This document shows positions 39,761 to 52,292 of a stretch of DNA of 64,000 bases, in pieces. A program made the translations under genes and the position numbers. The stretch covers positions 148,206 to 212,205 of the forward strand of contig JBJCIZ010000744.1 in assembly GCA_051294375.1 (NCBI GenBank). The letters run 5' to 3'. The stretch comes from Paraspadella gotoi (Eukaryota; Animalia; Chaetognatha). The notes below the pieces were generated by a model. That model did not search any database. It was not told where the DNA came from and saw only the letters and a list, made by a program, of their open reading frames with translations. Position 1 is the first letter of the stretch. Every line of letters starts with the position of its first letter.

Positions 39761-39866
39761 TGGTAAGCTGGATTGTAAGGCGATTGGTAAGCTCGATTTG
39801 GTAAAGGCGAGATTGCGGTAAGCTGATTGGTAAGGGGTGATTTGGTAAGGCGATTGGTAATAAGGC
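39753..39866 (+). repeat. (TTGGTAAGGCGA)n 12-bp tandem repeat
   Basis: Directly visible, noisy. Confidence 0.8.
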
Positions 39867-40713
39867 CTTTTACATTTCCTTTGTTGCGTCTAAATGTTTA
39901 AATAGGTCGCAGAAAAGACGAAAATGACCAAAAAACCTCATTTTTTACTTTTTCTCTTTGTCTTCTTTTCTTTTTCGCATTCCTTCTTTTCTCGCCCGTC
40001 TTTCTTTGCCTCCTTACCTCCGCTTTCACTCTCACTCTCGCTCCTTTCCTCCCTCCTCTCTTTCTTCCTGCCCTTTCTTTCTCCCCCTCCTTTCTCCCCC
40101 TTCTCTCCCCTTCGCTTTCCGTCCTCCCTGTCCTTTGTTTCTCCCCCTTCGCTCTCCCTTTCACTCCTCCCTTCTTTTTTCCGCCTTCCTCCCCTTTCCT
40201 CCTCTGTCGGCTTTTGTTCTCCCCTTTCCTTCTCTTTCCTCCTCTTCTCTTCCTTCTTCCCCCTCTCGTCTTCCTCCCTTTCCTCCTCCTGTTCCTTTTC
40301 CCTCCCATTTCTTCCGTTTCCTCCTCCCTCGCTTCTTCTCGCCCCTTGTCCTCCCTTTCCATCACTTTGCCTCCCTTTCTTCTCTCGTCCGTTCTTTCTC
40401 CCTCCTTCGCTCCACTTTCTTCCTCCCAACTTAGCGGGGGGGGTTCTTCATTGCCAGTTGCCATCGACAGATGTTTGGCGGGCCGAAAGCAGTTTAGGGG
40501 TCGTTCTCTTCTTAGTTCCGTCACACCACAAGAATATCCTATATTCTGCGGCCAGGGAAGCAAGGCTCGCTCCTCTCTCCTCTCTCTCTCTCTTTTCTCT
40601 TCTTTCTCGTCTCATCTCTTCCTCTCTTCGTTCCTCTCATTCTTCTCTCTCTCTGTCTCTCGTCTCTCTTCGTTACGACCACAATGGTTTTATCATAGAG
40701 ACATATTTCTGAG

Positions 40714-40758
<45 letters not shown>

Positions 40759-41190
40759 TTTACATGTTTCTTAACTCTCTTTTTTTAATTTTATTTTTAT
40801 TTTTATTTTAAATTATAAATCAGGACAAGTTACTTAAATACTGTATTACAGTAATACTTTTGAGCTATTAAACGTCACTTCTTACTTTACTTTTAAAAAC
40901 ATTTAAAAACATTTAAGAACATTACTTTTAGTTTTAAGTAAAAAATTGAATTGGCCCTTTTTCTTTTTTGTTTCAATTCATTTTGCTCATTTGTTCTACT
41001 CATTTTCAAGACCCAAACCGAGAGATGTCTCCAGCTCCTCGTTTCAACAATTAAGCTCAAAGTTGCTTTTTTCGAAGTGTCTCAGTTTGGGAAGTAAATG
41101 TTCGCATTACGAGCCTCGTTCTCGCGAATTTTCGGGACGATTTGAAATTCAAACAAACCTCGTGCTTCAAAAAACGCTATCAAACCCGTT

Positions 41191-41229
<39 letters not shown>

Positions 41230-41793
41230 CGTTGATAAAGAATTAAACTAAGGGAAACAATTAAAAAAAGAGTTAAACAAAAAGAAAAACATTTAAAAAA
41301 GGAAAAATTCAATCGGACCTTAATAAAAAAAAAATAAGGAGAAAGATTTGAAAATGGGATCGACGATTGATGATGATGATTGATATATTGTGATGATATG
41401 ATTGATTGATTTGATGACATTTTGATGTGATGATGATGAGTCTTCTCTTTTCTTATTTTTTTATTTTTCATTTCCTTCATTTTTCCCTTTTTTCTCTTTC
41501 TATTTGGACTGTTTATTTCAATTTTTTTTTTATTTTTTTTTTCAACTTATTTCAAAAAAATTGTTATGTTTAGTTAATAAAATCAATAATACGTTTAAGT
41601 TTAACGAAAATAGTCATATTAAAAAAGCATTGTTGAAGCAAAGAGGAAGACGAATTAAAAAGAAAGAAAAAAGAAAAAAAAAAGGAAAAAAACTTTGCTC
41701 GCGTCACGTCATACGAAAAACGAGGGGAAAAAAGTAGGAGCTATTATTCACTCCAAGCACTACTCTTCTCTTTCTAGCCGGGCGGGTGCCAAG

Positions 41794-41843
<50 letters not shown>

Positions 41844-43879
41844 CTCTTCTTCTCTCCTCTCTCTCTCCCTACCTCCCCGACCAATCCAGATTTTTTCCTG
41901 ATGCATATTCAATGAGGACGCGACAAAGAACGTCCCGCCCGGACGGAGGAACCCTGCCAAGAAAGCAGCCAAACAACAACGATGCGACGAGAGGGAAGAG
42001 GGTGAGGAGAGAGGAGGAGAGGAGACGAGAGGCTGAAGCAAAACTAAGATGGCAGGGTGTCGCGTTAAGGCCCAGACTAATAGGGGGAACCGAGCGCTAT
42101 TCCCGCAGAAAGAGAAGTCGGAGAAGATTGAGAGCGAGGAGGAAGGTTGAAAATGAGAGAAAAATGGGAAAAGATGAAAAAAAAATATATTAAATAAAGA
42201 GAGAGAGGAGGATGAGGAGAGGAGAGGGAGAGAGAGAAGATGAGTAGAGAAAGAGGTGAGAGGAGGACAGAAGAAAGAGGAGGAAGGAGTNNNNNNNNNN
42301 NNNNNNNNNNNNNNNNNNNNNNNNNNNNNNNNNNNNNNNNNNNNNNNNNNNNNNNNNNNNNNNNNNNNNNNNNNNNNNNNNNNNNNNNNNNNNNNNNNNN
42401 NNNNNNNNNNNNNNNNNNNNNNNNNNNNNNNNNNNNNNNNNNNNNNNNNNNNNNNNNNNNNNNNNNNNNNNNNNNNNNNNNNNNNNNNNNNNNNNNNNNN
42501 NNNNNNNNNNNNNNNNNNNNNNNNNNNNNNNNNNNNNNNNNNNNNNNNNNNNNNNNNNNNNNNNNNNNNNNNNNNNNNNNNNNNNNNNNNNNNNNNNNNN
42601 NNNNNNNNNNNNNNNNNNNNNNNNNNNNNNNNNNNNNNNNNNNNNNNNNNNNNNNNNNNNNNNNNNNNNNNNNTCCTCTTCCTCCTTCCACAGACTTCCA
42701 AAAGCGAGGGCGTTTTTTTCTAAAGAGCCTTCCTCCCTCTCTTCTTCTCGCTCTCCTCCTGACTATACCTCCCTCCTCCTCCTCCTCCCGCTCCTCTCCC
42801 CGGGAGCGTCGGTGACCTTTGATGGACGCAATTGACCCTGAAACTCATTGACCGGCGCGCGGCGGGGGGGGGGCGGAGGATGAGGAGGAAGAGAGAGGGG
42901 GGAGGGGGTAGGTGAGAGGTGAGGACGTTAAGGAGGCGAGAAAGTGAAAGCGAGTGGAAAGAAAAGCGGAGGAAATGGAGGAAAAAGAAATTTTGGAGGC
43001 AGAGAGAGAGAGAGAGANNNNNNNNNNNNNNNNNNNNNNNNNACCCCTCTATATCTCCCTCCTCCCTACTCACTCTTTTCCTCCCGCATCCTTCTCCGGA
43101 GCGAGCCATGAACTATGCCTGACGTCCCCGGTGACCTCCTCCTTTGATGGACCGAGCAATTTGACCAACTGAACTCATTGACCCGCCATGTTCGACTCCG
43201 CGCCGCGGCCGGCGGGGAGGGCGCGAGGGCACGGGGGCGGAAGGCCGACATGGCGCTAGATATTATGAGAGGAAGAAGAGAGGAGAGGGTTAGCGTGAGA
43301 CGATCGAGGTGAGGACCGTTTAAGGAGGCCGAGAAAGTGAAAACAGCCGGAGTTGGAAAAAGGAAAAGCGCGGAGGGGATAGGATCGGAATGGAAATGGA
43401 TGGGGAAGGAGAAATTGTGGAGATAAAAAACGAAATTGGCAAGCACGCAGAGAGAGATGAGCGACAAGATTCAGAAGGAGAGGCCTGATGAGAGAGAAGA
43501 CTGAGAAGAGGAGGAAGAGAGATATGAGAGCGAGGAGATGAGACGAGAGAGATCGAGAGAGAGAGAGAGAGGAGGAGAGAGATAGCGTGAAGTAATAAGA
43601 GTCTGTAAGCGAGGATCAGAGAAAGACAGAAGAAAAAAAAAAAAAAAAAAAAAGCCTGAAAAACAGACAGAGATAGAGATAGACAGAGTCAGAGAAAGAG
43701 AAAGAGAGAGTCAGTTAGACCGAGAGAGAGCCAGAGAGATAGAGAGCGAGTCAATCTTGGTTCTACGGATGATGGAACCGGGGAAAATTAACGTCTTCGC
43801 TCAGATTCGATCGAGAGAACGAAACCTGCATAATTGATGACTCCGTCTCTAGATTCGTTGCGTCTTCTCTCTAGTCTCT

Positions 43880-43880
<1 letters not shown>

Positions 43881-43961
<81 letters not shown>
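43881..43961 (+). repeat. (GAC)n microsatellite
   Basis: Perfect trinucleotide run; a noisy copy lies at ~47235-47312. Confidence 0.95.
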
Positions 43962-44221
43962 AGTTTCAATCTCAGTTCGATGACCGCGTCTCGGTTTTAA
44001 ATACGACCAGATTTTCTTTGCTTACTCTCTGCTTGTCTGATTGCTTGCTAAGTGAAATCCGGTCGCTCAATTAGTTTTGCATTCGATTCGTTTCACTCTG
44101 TGTGTCAGTCTGTCAGTTTGTCAGTTCATAAAGTTGGCTTTTGTCTTCGTGAACTAATTAACTTCTTAGTTAGAGACCAATACTTACAAATTGATATTAA
44201 TAATTTAGTGATAATTTTATT

Positions 44222-44255
<34 letters not shown>

Positions 44256-45084
44256 NNNNNNNNNNNNNNNNNNNNNNNNNNNNNNNNNNNNNNNNNNNNN
44301 NNNNNNNNNNNNNNNNNNNNNNNNNNNNNNNNNNNNNNNNNNNNNNNNNNNNNNNNNNNNNNNNNNNNNNNNNNNNNNNNNNNNNNNNNNNNNNNNNNNN
44401 NNNNNNNNNNNNNNNNNNNNNNNNNNNNNNNNNNNNNNNNNNNNNNNNNNNNNNNNNNNNNNNNNNNNNNNNNNNNNNNNNNNAGAGGCGAAAGGGGTTG
44501 TCGTTTTGTTCAAGTCTCGAAGGCGAGGTCAAGGAGCAAAGGCGCGCGCAATTACTCAGGCTGCCAAACGGAGAATATATTTTCTGCCTTCGGTCGATGC
44601 CGGTTCCAACGTTATTCGCTCCGAAAGAAAAAAAAATGGCGACTCGTTTTTTTTGAAGAAAAAAAGACTTCGATGTTCTTTTGTTGCATTTTTAAAGTAA
44701 TTTTTAAAACTTTTTTTTTTCCGTATCGACACCTGGTAGCGATTTTTAAAATCTCACAATGTATAAAACCAATTTTATGAATTACCAATTTTATGAATTA
44801 CAGAATATGAATTACCAAAAAAAGTATGTCGTATTTACTAGTTTATCCATACCTCAACTACTTTTAACCACTATTTTTTATTCATTCATTTATTGAAGTT
44901 TTCATTTCAATTTTGCTAAGAATCTATTAAAATTCCCTGTACGAAAAAAAATTTTAACTTTGCTTTTCTCTGAATTCAAAACTTAATATTGCTATTTTTT
45001 TTAATCTATGTGACTTCGATATTTCACAAGAATTTAATATTTTAATATTGTGATCATAATAAAGATTAAATAATTCAATATTTC

Positions 45085-45161
<77 letters not shown>

Positions 45162-45165
45162 TAAT
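45085..45165 (+). repeat. (AAT)n microsatellite
   Basis: Directly visible. Confidence 0.95.
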
Positions 45166-45349
45166 TAATATTAATGTAAATAATAATAATTTGAGAATTT
45201 AATAATATTTAACTCTTTGTATTTGATTATTTTTTAGTATAAAAAAAAAACCCTAAAACTTTTCGGACATTAACCCTTTGGCTTCTTTTTCACAACCAAC
45301 TCATCCTTGTCTCATTTTAGATGATTCCTCGTTGCTTCACACTCGACCT

Positions 45350-45386
<37 letters not shown>

Positions 45387-46039
45387 NNNNNNNNNNNNNN
45401 NNNNNNNNNNNGAGGGGAGGAAAGTTTTTCTTTTTTTCTTTTCTCTTTTTCTTCTTTTTAATCGTCCTTCCCTCTTGCTTCAAACAATGCCTTTTTTTTA
45501 ATATAACTATTTTTTCGTTAAGATTAAACGTTTATGATTTTTATTAAACTATTAGTTAATAACTAAAACAATCAACAATTCACTTTGAAATAATTTGACC
45601 AAAATGGTTTTCACTTCACGCTGAAATTAAAAACAGTCAAATAGAAAGAGAAAAGGAAAAATGAAGGAAATGGTAAAAAATAAAAATAAATAATTCTAAT
45701 CATCAATCATCATCGTCATCATCATCTCATCGTCATCATTCATCATCATCGTCATTCATCATCCATAAAATCGTCGACCCGATTTTTCAAAATCTTTCCC
45801 TTATTTTTTTTACGGGTCGATGATTTCCTTTTTATGTTTCTTTGTCCCTTTTTAATGTTTCCTTAGGTTTAATCATTTATCAACGCTAATTTATAAAATA
45901 AAAAAAATTTATTCTCCGACTTCTAATTCTTGTGTTAAAAAATTTCGCTTCTGGAATCTTTCTTTCACTCTTTCCTCCAGTCATTTCCCTTATATTTCTT
46001 TCCTTTTCATTTCGGTAATTTCTATTGTTCTTATCTTTC

Positions 46040-46087
<48 letters not shown>

Positions 46088-46411
46088 CTCTCATCTCTCT
46101 CCTCTCTCTCTCTCTACTCTCTCTATCCATAAAACTATCCAGACTCCTTTCCTTTTCTTCCCTTTCTTCTCCGCCCTCATCCCTTCCCTGACGTTTTCTT
46201 CTGTCCCCCGCACACGTGCTTTCGCCTATTCAAAAGAGTCTCACCTCCTCTTCCTCCTCCTCTTCCTCCTCTTCCTCTTCCTCTTTCCTCCTCTTCCTCC
46301 TCTTCCCCTCTGGGTTTTTTCGGTGTCCTCAAGTGAATTGATGACTTAGACTATTCTTTCTTGAATCCGCCGATCACGACCTCTCTCTCATCTCCCTCTC
46401 CTCTCTCTCTC

Positions 46412-46446
<35 letters not shown>

Positions 46447-46450
46447 GCTC

Positions 46451-46474
<24 letters not shown>

Positions 46475-46482
<8 letters not shown>

Positions 46483-47612
46483 CTCCTTCCACAGACTTCC
46501 AAACCGAGCCCCGTTTTTTTGTTCCCTCTTCTAAAAGAAGATAGAAAAGAAAAAAGGGAGAAAAGAAGCCTTTCCTCCCTCTTCTTCTCGCTCTTCCTCC
46601 TGACTATAGCCTCCCTCCCTCTCCTCCTCCCGCTCCTCTTCCCGGGATGCGTCGCGTGACCTTTTATGGACGCAATTGACACCTGAAACTCATTGACCGG
46701 CGCCGCCCGGGGGGGGGGCGTAGGAGACATGAGGAGGAAATAAAGAAGAGCAGGGGAGATGGGGTACTAGGGTATTTAGAGAGGTAGTAGAGTGGGACGT
46801 AAGGAAGGCGAGAACAAAAAGTTGAAAAGCGAGTGGAAAGAAAAAGCGGATCAGAAATGCGCAGGAAAAAAGAAATTTTGGAGGCAGAGAAGAAGAGAGA
46901 GAAGACAAGAGAGAGGAGGATAGCGTGAAGTTAGTAAGAGGTCTGTAAGCCGAGGATCAGAAAAGTCTGAAAAAACAGACAGAGAGAGAGATAGAGATAG
47001 ACAGAGTAGAGAAAGAGAAAGAGAGCAGTGTCAGTAGACCGAGGACGGAGGGGAAGAGCCAGAGAGATTTAGAGAGCAAGTCATCTTGGTTCTTACGGAT
47101 GATTGAACCGGGGGGGGGAGGGGGAACAATTAACGTCTTCGCTCAGATTCGATCTCCGGTAGCGAGGGAACGAAACCTAGCATTAATTGATGACTCCGTC
47201 TCTAGGATTCGTTGCGGTCTTCTCTTCGTCTCTTGACGACCGACGACCGACGACCGACGACGACGACGACGACGAACGACGACGACGACGACGACGACGA
47301 CCCGAACGACGACCAGTTTCAATCTCAGTTCGATGACCGCGTCTCGGTTAAAATGGTACGACAGCCAGATTTCTTGCTTACTCTCTGCTTGGTCTGATTG
47401 CTTGCTAAGTGAATCCGTTTTCGCTCAATTAGTTTTGCATTCGATTCGTTCATCTGTCGTTGTCAGTCTGTCTGTTTGTCTGCCCATCTGTCTGTCAGTT
47501 GTAGTATTCATAAATTGGCTTATGTCTTTCGTGCAACTAATTTATTTCTTAGTAGAGACCAATACTTACAAATTTGATATTAATAATTTAGTAGAGGATA
47601 ATGTTATTTCTC

Positions 47613-47684
<72 letters not shown>

Positions 47685-48470
47685 GATTTTTCCTTTCTAC
47701 TTTAACGCGATTTTCAGCCTCCCTCTCTCCCCACGTGATAGTTGGGCGGAGGAGCGAGTGTTGTGCGCGTGACGGGAGAGAGAATGAAAGGAGAGGAGAG
47801 AGAGAGAGAGAGAAGAGAGAAGACGCAGGAGGATGAGAATGAGAATGAAGAGAGACGAGCACGAGAGAGAGAGAGACAAGAGAGAGAGAGGCGAGCGGTT
47901 GTCGTTTTGTTCAAGTCTCGAAGGCGAGGTCAAGGAGCAAAGGGCGCGGCCGCAATTACTCAGGCTGCAACGGAGAATATATTTTCCTGCCTTCGGTCTT
48001 GCCGGTTCCAACGTTTATTACGCTTCCGAAAGAAAAAAAAAAATGGCGACTCCCATGACGTTTTTTTTTTTTAGAGTAACAAAAAGACTTCGATGTCTTT
48101 GTATTTGGCGCATTTTTTAATAATTTTTTAAAACTTTTTTTTTCCCGTTTATCGACACTGCAGTTTGGTAGCGATTTTTAAGAATCTCACACATGTATTT
48201 AAAACAATTGATGAATTACCAGATATGAATTACAAAATTATGTCGTAATTTACTAAAAGTTTATCCATACCTCAACTACTTAACCACTATTTTTATTCAT
48301 CATTTTATTGAAGTTTCATTTCAAATTTTTGATCAAGAAATCTCATTAAAAATTCCCTGTACGAAAATAAATTTACTTGGCTTCTTCTGCGTGACTGTTG
48401 ATATTTACAATTAATTTATATTTAATATTTGGTCATAATAAAGATTTAAATAAATTCAATATTAATATTT
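46475..48470 (+). repeat. Noisy direct copy of 42675-45075
   Basis: Shared colinear anchors CCTTCCACAGACTTCCAAA, TTAACGTCTTCGCTCAGATTCGATC, GTTCAAGTCTCGAAGGCGAGGTCAAGGAGCAAA and GTTTATCCATACCTCAACTACTT; differences are mostly small indels. Confidence 0.85.
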
Positions 48471-48689
48471 AGTAAAGACGAAGTCTTGTACATCAACGAT
48501 TTTATTTATATTTTTATTAGCCGAGCCCGGCGCGATACAGAACAAGTTCGGTTTCATTCGAAGCGAAACTGTCGTCTACCATAAATAAACATCGCCTGAT
48601 GTGTACCACAGATTCGTCCTAATCTCAAATCAACTCCAGAAAACACCACAGGAAGCAGGCAGACGAACGTGTAATCACCGAATATCTCT

Positions 48690-50371
48690 AATGAATGACC
48701 CAAAATGAGCGAAACAGTGAAGTAGATGAATATGGGGAAGGTGAATGTAATAGGTATTTAAGTCGAAAGTGAATATAATAGAGTTGATTTGAGAATCTGA
48801 TGAGATCGAAACTTACCTCTAGAGAAATCAAAAATAACTTATCCTCAGTAAAAATCATCCAACTCTTACAGATATATTATGCTCAGAGATTTCGACACAC
48901 GCAAGTGATGATGTCCCGAAAAATTTAAAATAATATATAAAAAAAAATAAAAGGAAATGGTAATAAACGCAACTATCATAAATCCTCAAAAGAATCTGAT
49001 ACGATCAATGATACACTCCTACTTTTCCTAACCAACGACAAACCACCTCAATATAATATTCAAGTAAAATAAGGATAATTAAATTTGGAGGAACTAATAA
49101 GTATTTCAGAACATTTTGTATAATCCATGGAGTTTAGTTTTAGCCTGATATTTTAAAACAAATAAACCAAAACTTTCGGACATTTGACCAGCCCGCGTTT
49201 GCTTCTCCATCGACCGACACAACATTAAAATCCCTACCTCAATTAATTTGTCAAATCGATTTGTCTGCGTATGAAACCAGCCATGATTTGGCATTGCGAC
49301 GTGGCTGCGAATTTACACACCTTACCCAATTCAGATTTCAATAGTGCTACTGTGACTAAACCAACCTCAATTGGCCGCCACAGCGGGACGTTGCTGCAAA
49401 TAAACCTACCCAATTGCTGCTAATGTTACGGCTAATTAAACTTATCCTCTGCAATACTCGGCATTGCTGCTTACAAAATGAACGACCCACCCACGCGTGC
49501 AACCCGCAAAATAACCGACCACCAGCACTAAGACAAAGACCCAGCATCGTTCGACCATGGACTCACTCGGCGCACAGAGCGAAGGGCGTTGAGACGACGA
49601 GTTGCATTCGGAAGGAAGACGCCGGCCGATATAAGAAAAAATAGAGATGGACGAACGGTCACATGACGCCGGGTTGGATGGCGTTCGGGGGTCAGACGAC
49701 GGCGGGGTCGAACGACGCCCGAGGTCAGAAACGCCGGCGGTGGGACGGGGCCGCATAGCGGACGACGTCGTGACGTGCTCAGTCACCCGACGATCCAGGT
49801 ACACGTCGCTAAATCGAAACAAGTGGGGTGCGGTCACGGTGGGGGAGAAGGGAGGCCTCGATGGATTTCAATTTTCAATGATGATGGCAAATGCCGTTGA
49901 GTGTAGCCTACTTCAAATCGCGCATGCAAAATACGCATTGTCAAGATGGGATTGCGGAAATGGATTGAAAATGATTCTTTATGTCAAGGAGATTGGGAAT
50001 TTTGGATTATGCGAAGATTGAGAGATCAACACGACGGGATTGAAACGATAGCGGAGTTCGCGGGAATTTAGAAAGTATGGGAATTCTCAATTTAAGATAT
50101 AGATGGGAGTGTAGAGATGGACGATTTTCAAAGATAGAAAAGAAAGGAATTAGTTTTGATTTTCCAATTCGCGGATTATCATTTGGGATTTGAAATTTTA
50201 TAATTTGGAGGATTTTGATAGGATTTGGAGATATATTCACGGGAGAATGAGGGAGGCGTGGTCGCCGCCGGAATGAATTAAAAAGGAATAAGGGACGCGA
50301 GGGAGAGAGTGGATTAAAATCCCGTTAGGAGTGATAAGGTTAGTGGATCAGAGAGAGAGAGAACGAAGAGA

Positions 50372-50408
<37 letters not shown>

Positions 50409-50576
50409 AGAGAGATTGCAGCACATGGCGCCTTCGTGCTCGTGACCGTCCGTCCGTCCCTCCCCTCGATCTGCGCAAAACTACTCCGCCAGTACGAGGG
50501 AGTATTACCACGTTGCTCGGTGGTGACAAAGTGAGCAGAAAGGGGCGATGAAGTCGTTCGGCAACACAACGGGTGT

Positions 50577-50607
<31 letters not shown>

Positions 50608-50971
50608 CTCCTCTACTCTCTCTCTCTCTCTCCCTCCCTCTCCCTTACAGATCGCATGCGTCGTCCGCGCTCCACGACCACCTGCGAGTCGATGAGGAAT
50701 CACGGAACCATATACCGACCCGAAAACCATCGTCTCGTCCCGTCGGTCTGCTTCCCGCGGTCCCGCACCACGACCACGACGCGAGAAAGACATAGTGCTG
50801 GATTAAGGCCGCCCCATAAAAACATAAAGCTAATAGCAAGCGAACGAACTCATCGCCCCTCCGCTCACTGTGCACGCCGTAAACTCGATGGCGGAGATCG
50901 GAGATCGGCAAAGACAACGACAGACGACGAGAGCGAAAGGCGACCATAGAGTGCTCGCAAAATCTTCTCTT

Positions 50972-51023
<52 letters not shown>

Positions 51024-52230
51024 CCACTAACCTTATCACCCTAACGATTTTAATCCACTCTCTCCCCTCGCTCCCTTCATCTTTTTATTCATTTCCGCGA
51101 CCCACGCTCCCTCATTCTCCGTGATAAATATCCAAATCCTAAAAATCCAAATTATAAATTTCAAATCCCAAATGATAAATCCCAACTTGAAAATCTTCAC
51201 TTTGAAAATCCAAACTCCAAAATCTTAAATTGAGAAATCCATACTTTCTAATTCCCGAAACCCTAAACCTCGTGTTGAAAATCTTCGCAAATCCAAAATC
51301 CAAAATCTTTAATCCAAAATCCAAATCCCAAATCTTGACTTTGCAAATCCCCAAATCTTAAGCCTCATCATGAAAATTCCTTCCCTTCTCCCCCACTCGT
51401 CCCCCCCTTTTTTCGAATTAGCGACGTGTACCCTCGAGAATCGTCCGGGTCCGACCCTGAAGACACGCGACCCATGGGTCGTCCCACCCCGGCGTTATCT
51501 GACCCCGGCGTCGTTCGACCCCGGCGTCGTCTGACCCCGACGCCATCCAACCCCGGCGTCATGTGACCCCAGTCTCTTTTTTCCTATTAAATTCTGCGGC
51601 GTCTTCTTCCGATGCAACTTCACGCCTTCCTCGTGACCGAGTGACCCATGACGAAAACCATGATGCATCTGGGTAAGTTTAATTAGCAGCAACGTCGCAG
51701 CAATTGGGTTGGTTTCATTTGCAGCAACTTCGAATTAAGTAAGTTTAATTAGCAGTAACATTGCAGCAATTGGGTAGGTTTAATTTGCAGCAACGTCGCT
51801 GCAATTGGGTTGGTTTTATTCACAGTAACTTTGAATTAATTGGGTAGGTTTAATTCGCAGCAACGTCGCAGCAATCAGGCTGGTTTTATTCGCAGCAACT
51901 TTGAATTAATTGGGTAGGTTTAATTCGCAGCAACGTCGCAGTAATCAGAAAAGAAGCAGAAAAGGAAAAGGAATCATATCGTAAATCAGCAATTTTGAGG
52001 ATTATAGAAAGTTGCGTCTTATAAAAAACTTACTTTTTTTTTACCTTACAAGTTTCGACAATCTCACTGGCGTGTCGAACTGAGCAATCGAAGAGTTGTG
52101 ATTTTTCTGAGGTAAGTTTTTCTGAGGTAAGTTCGATTCTCATCAGATTCTCAATCAACCTCCCTCGCTTAAACCTATTCCTCACCTTCCCATCCACCAC
52201 TCGCCAATTTTGGGTCCGAATCTCATCGCC
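48690..52230. repeat. Large inverted repeat (arms ~48690-50420 and ~50960-52230)
   Basis: For example GTGATAAGGTTAGTGGATCAGAG (~50331) pairs with CTCTGATCCACTAACCTTATCAC (~51017). The left arm is insertion-rich. Confidence 0.85.
51668..51948 (+). repeat. ~35-bp tandem repeat AATTGGGTAGGTTTAATTCGCAGCAACGTCGCAGC
   Basis: About 8 alternating units are visible. Confidence 0.85.
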
Positions 52231-52245
52231 TTTTAATTTAGGAAC

Positions 52246-52292
<47 letters not shown>

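Noticed and set aside
39898-40774. Long overlapping ORFs, and similar ones at 11159-12113, 52551-53003 and across N gaps
   Set aside because: CT/GA low-complexity sequence or N runs lacking stop codons; no protein signal.
48795-48820. Hammerhead ribozyme core CTGATGA...GAAAC
   Set aside because: It lies in the noisy arm; the cleaner inverted copy (~52125-52150) reads GAAC and lacks the stems.
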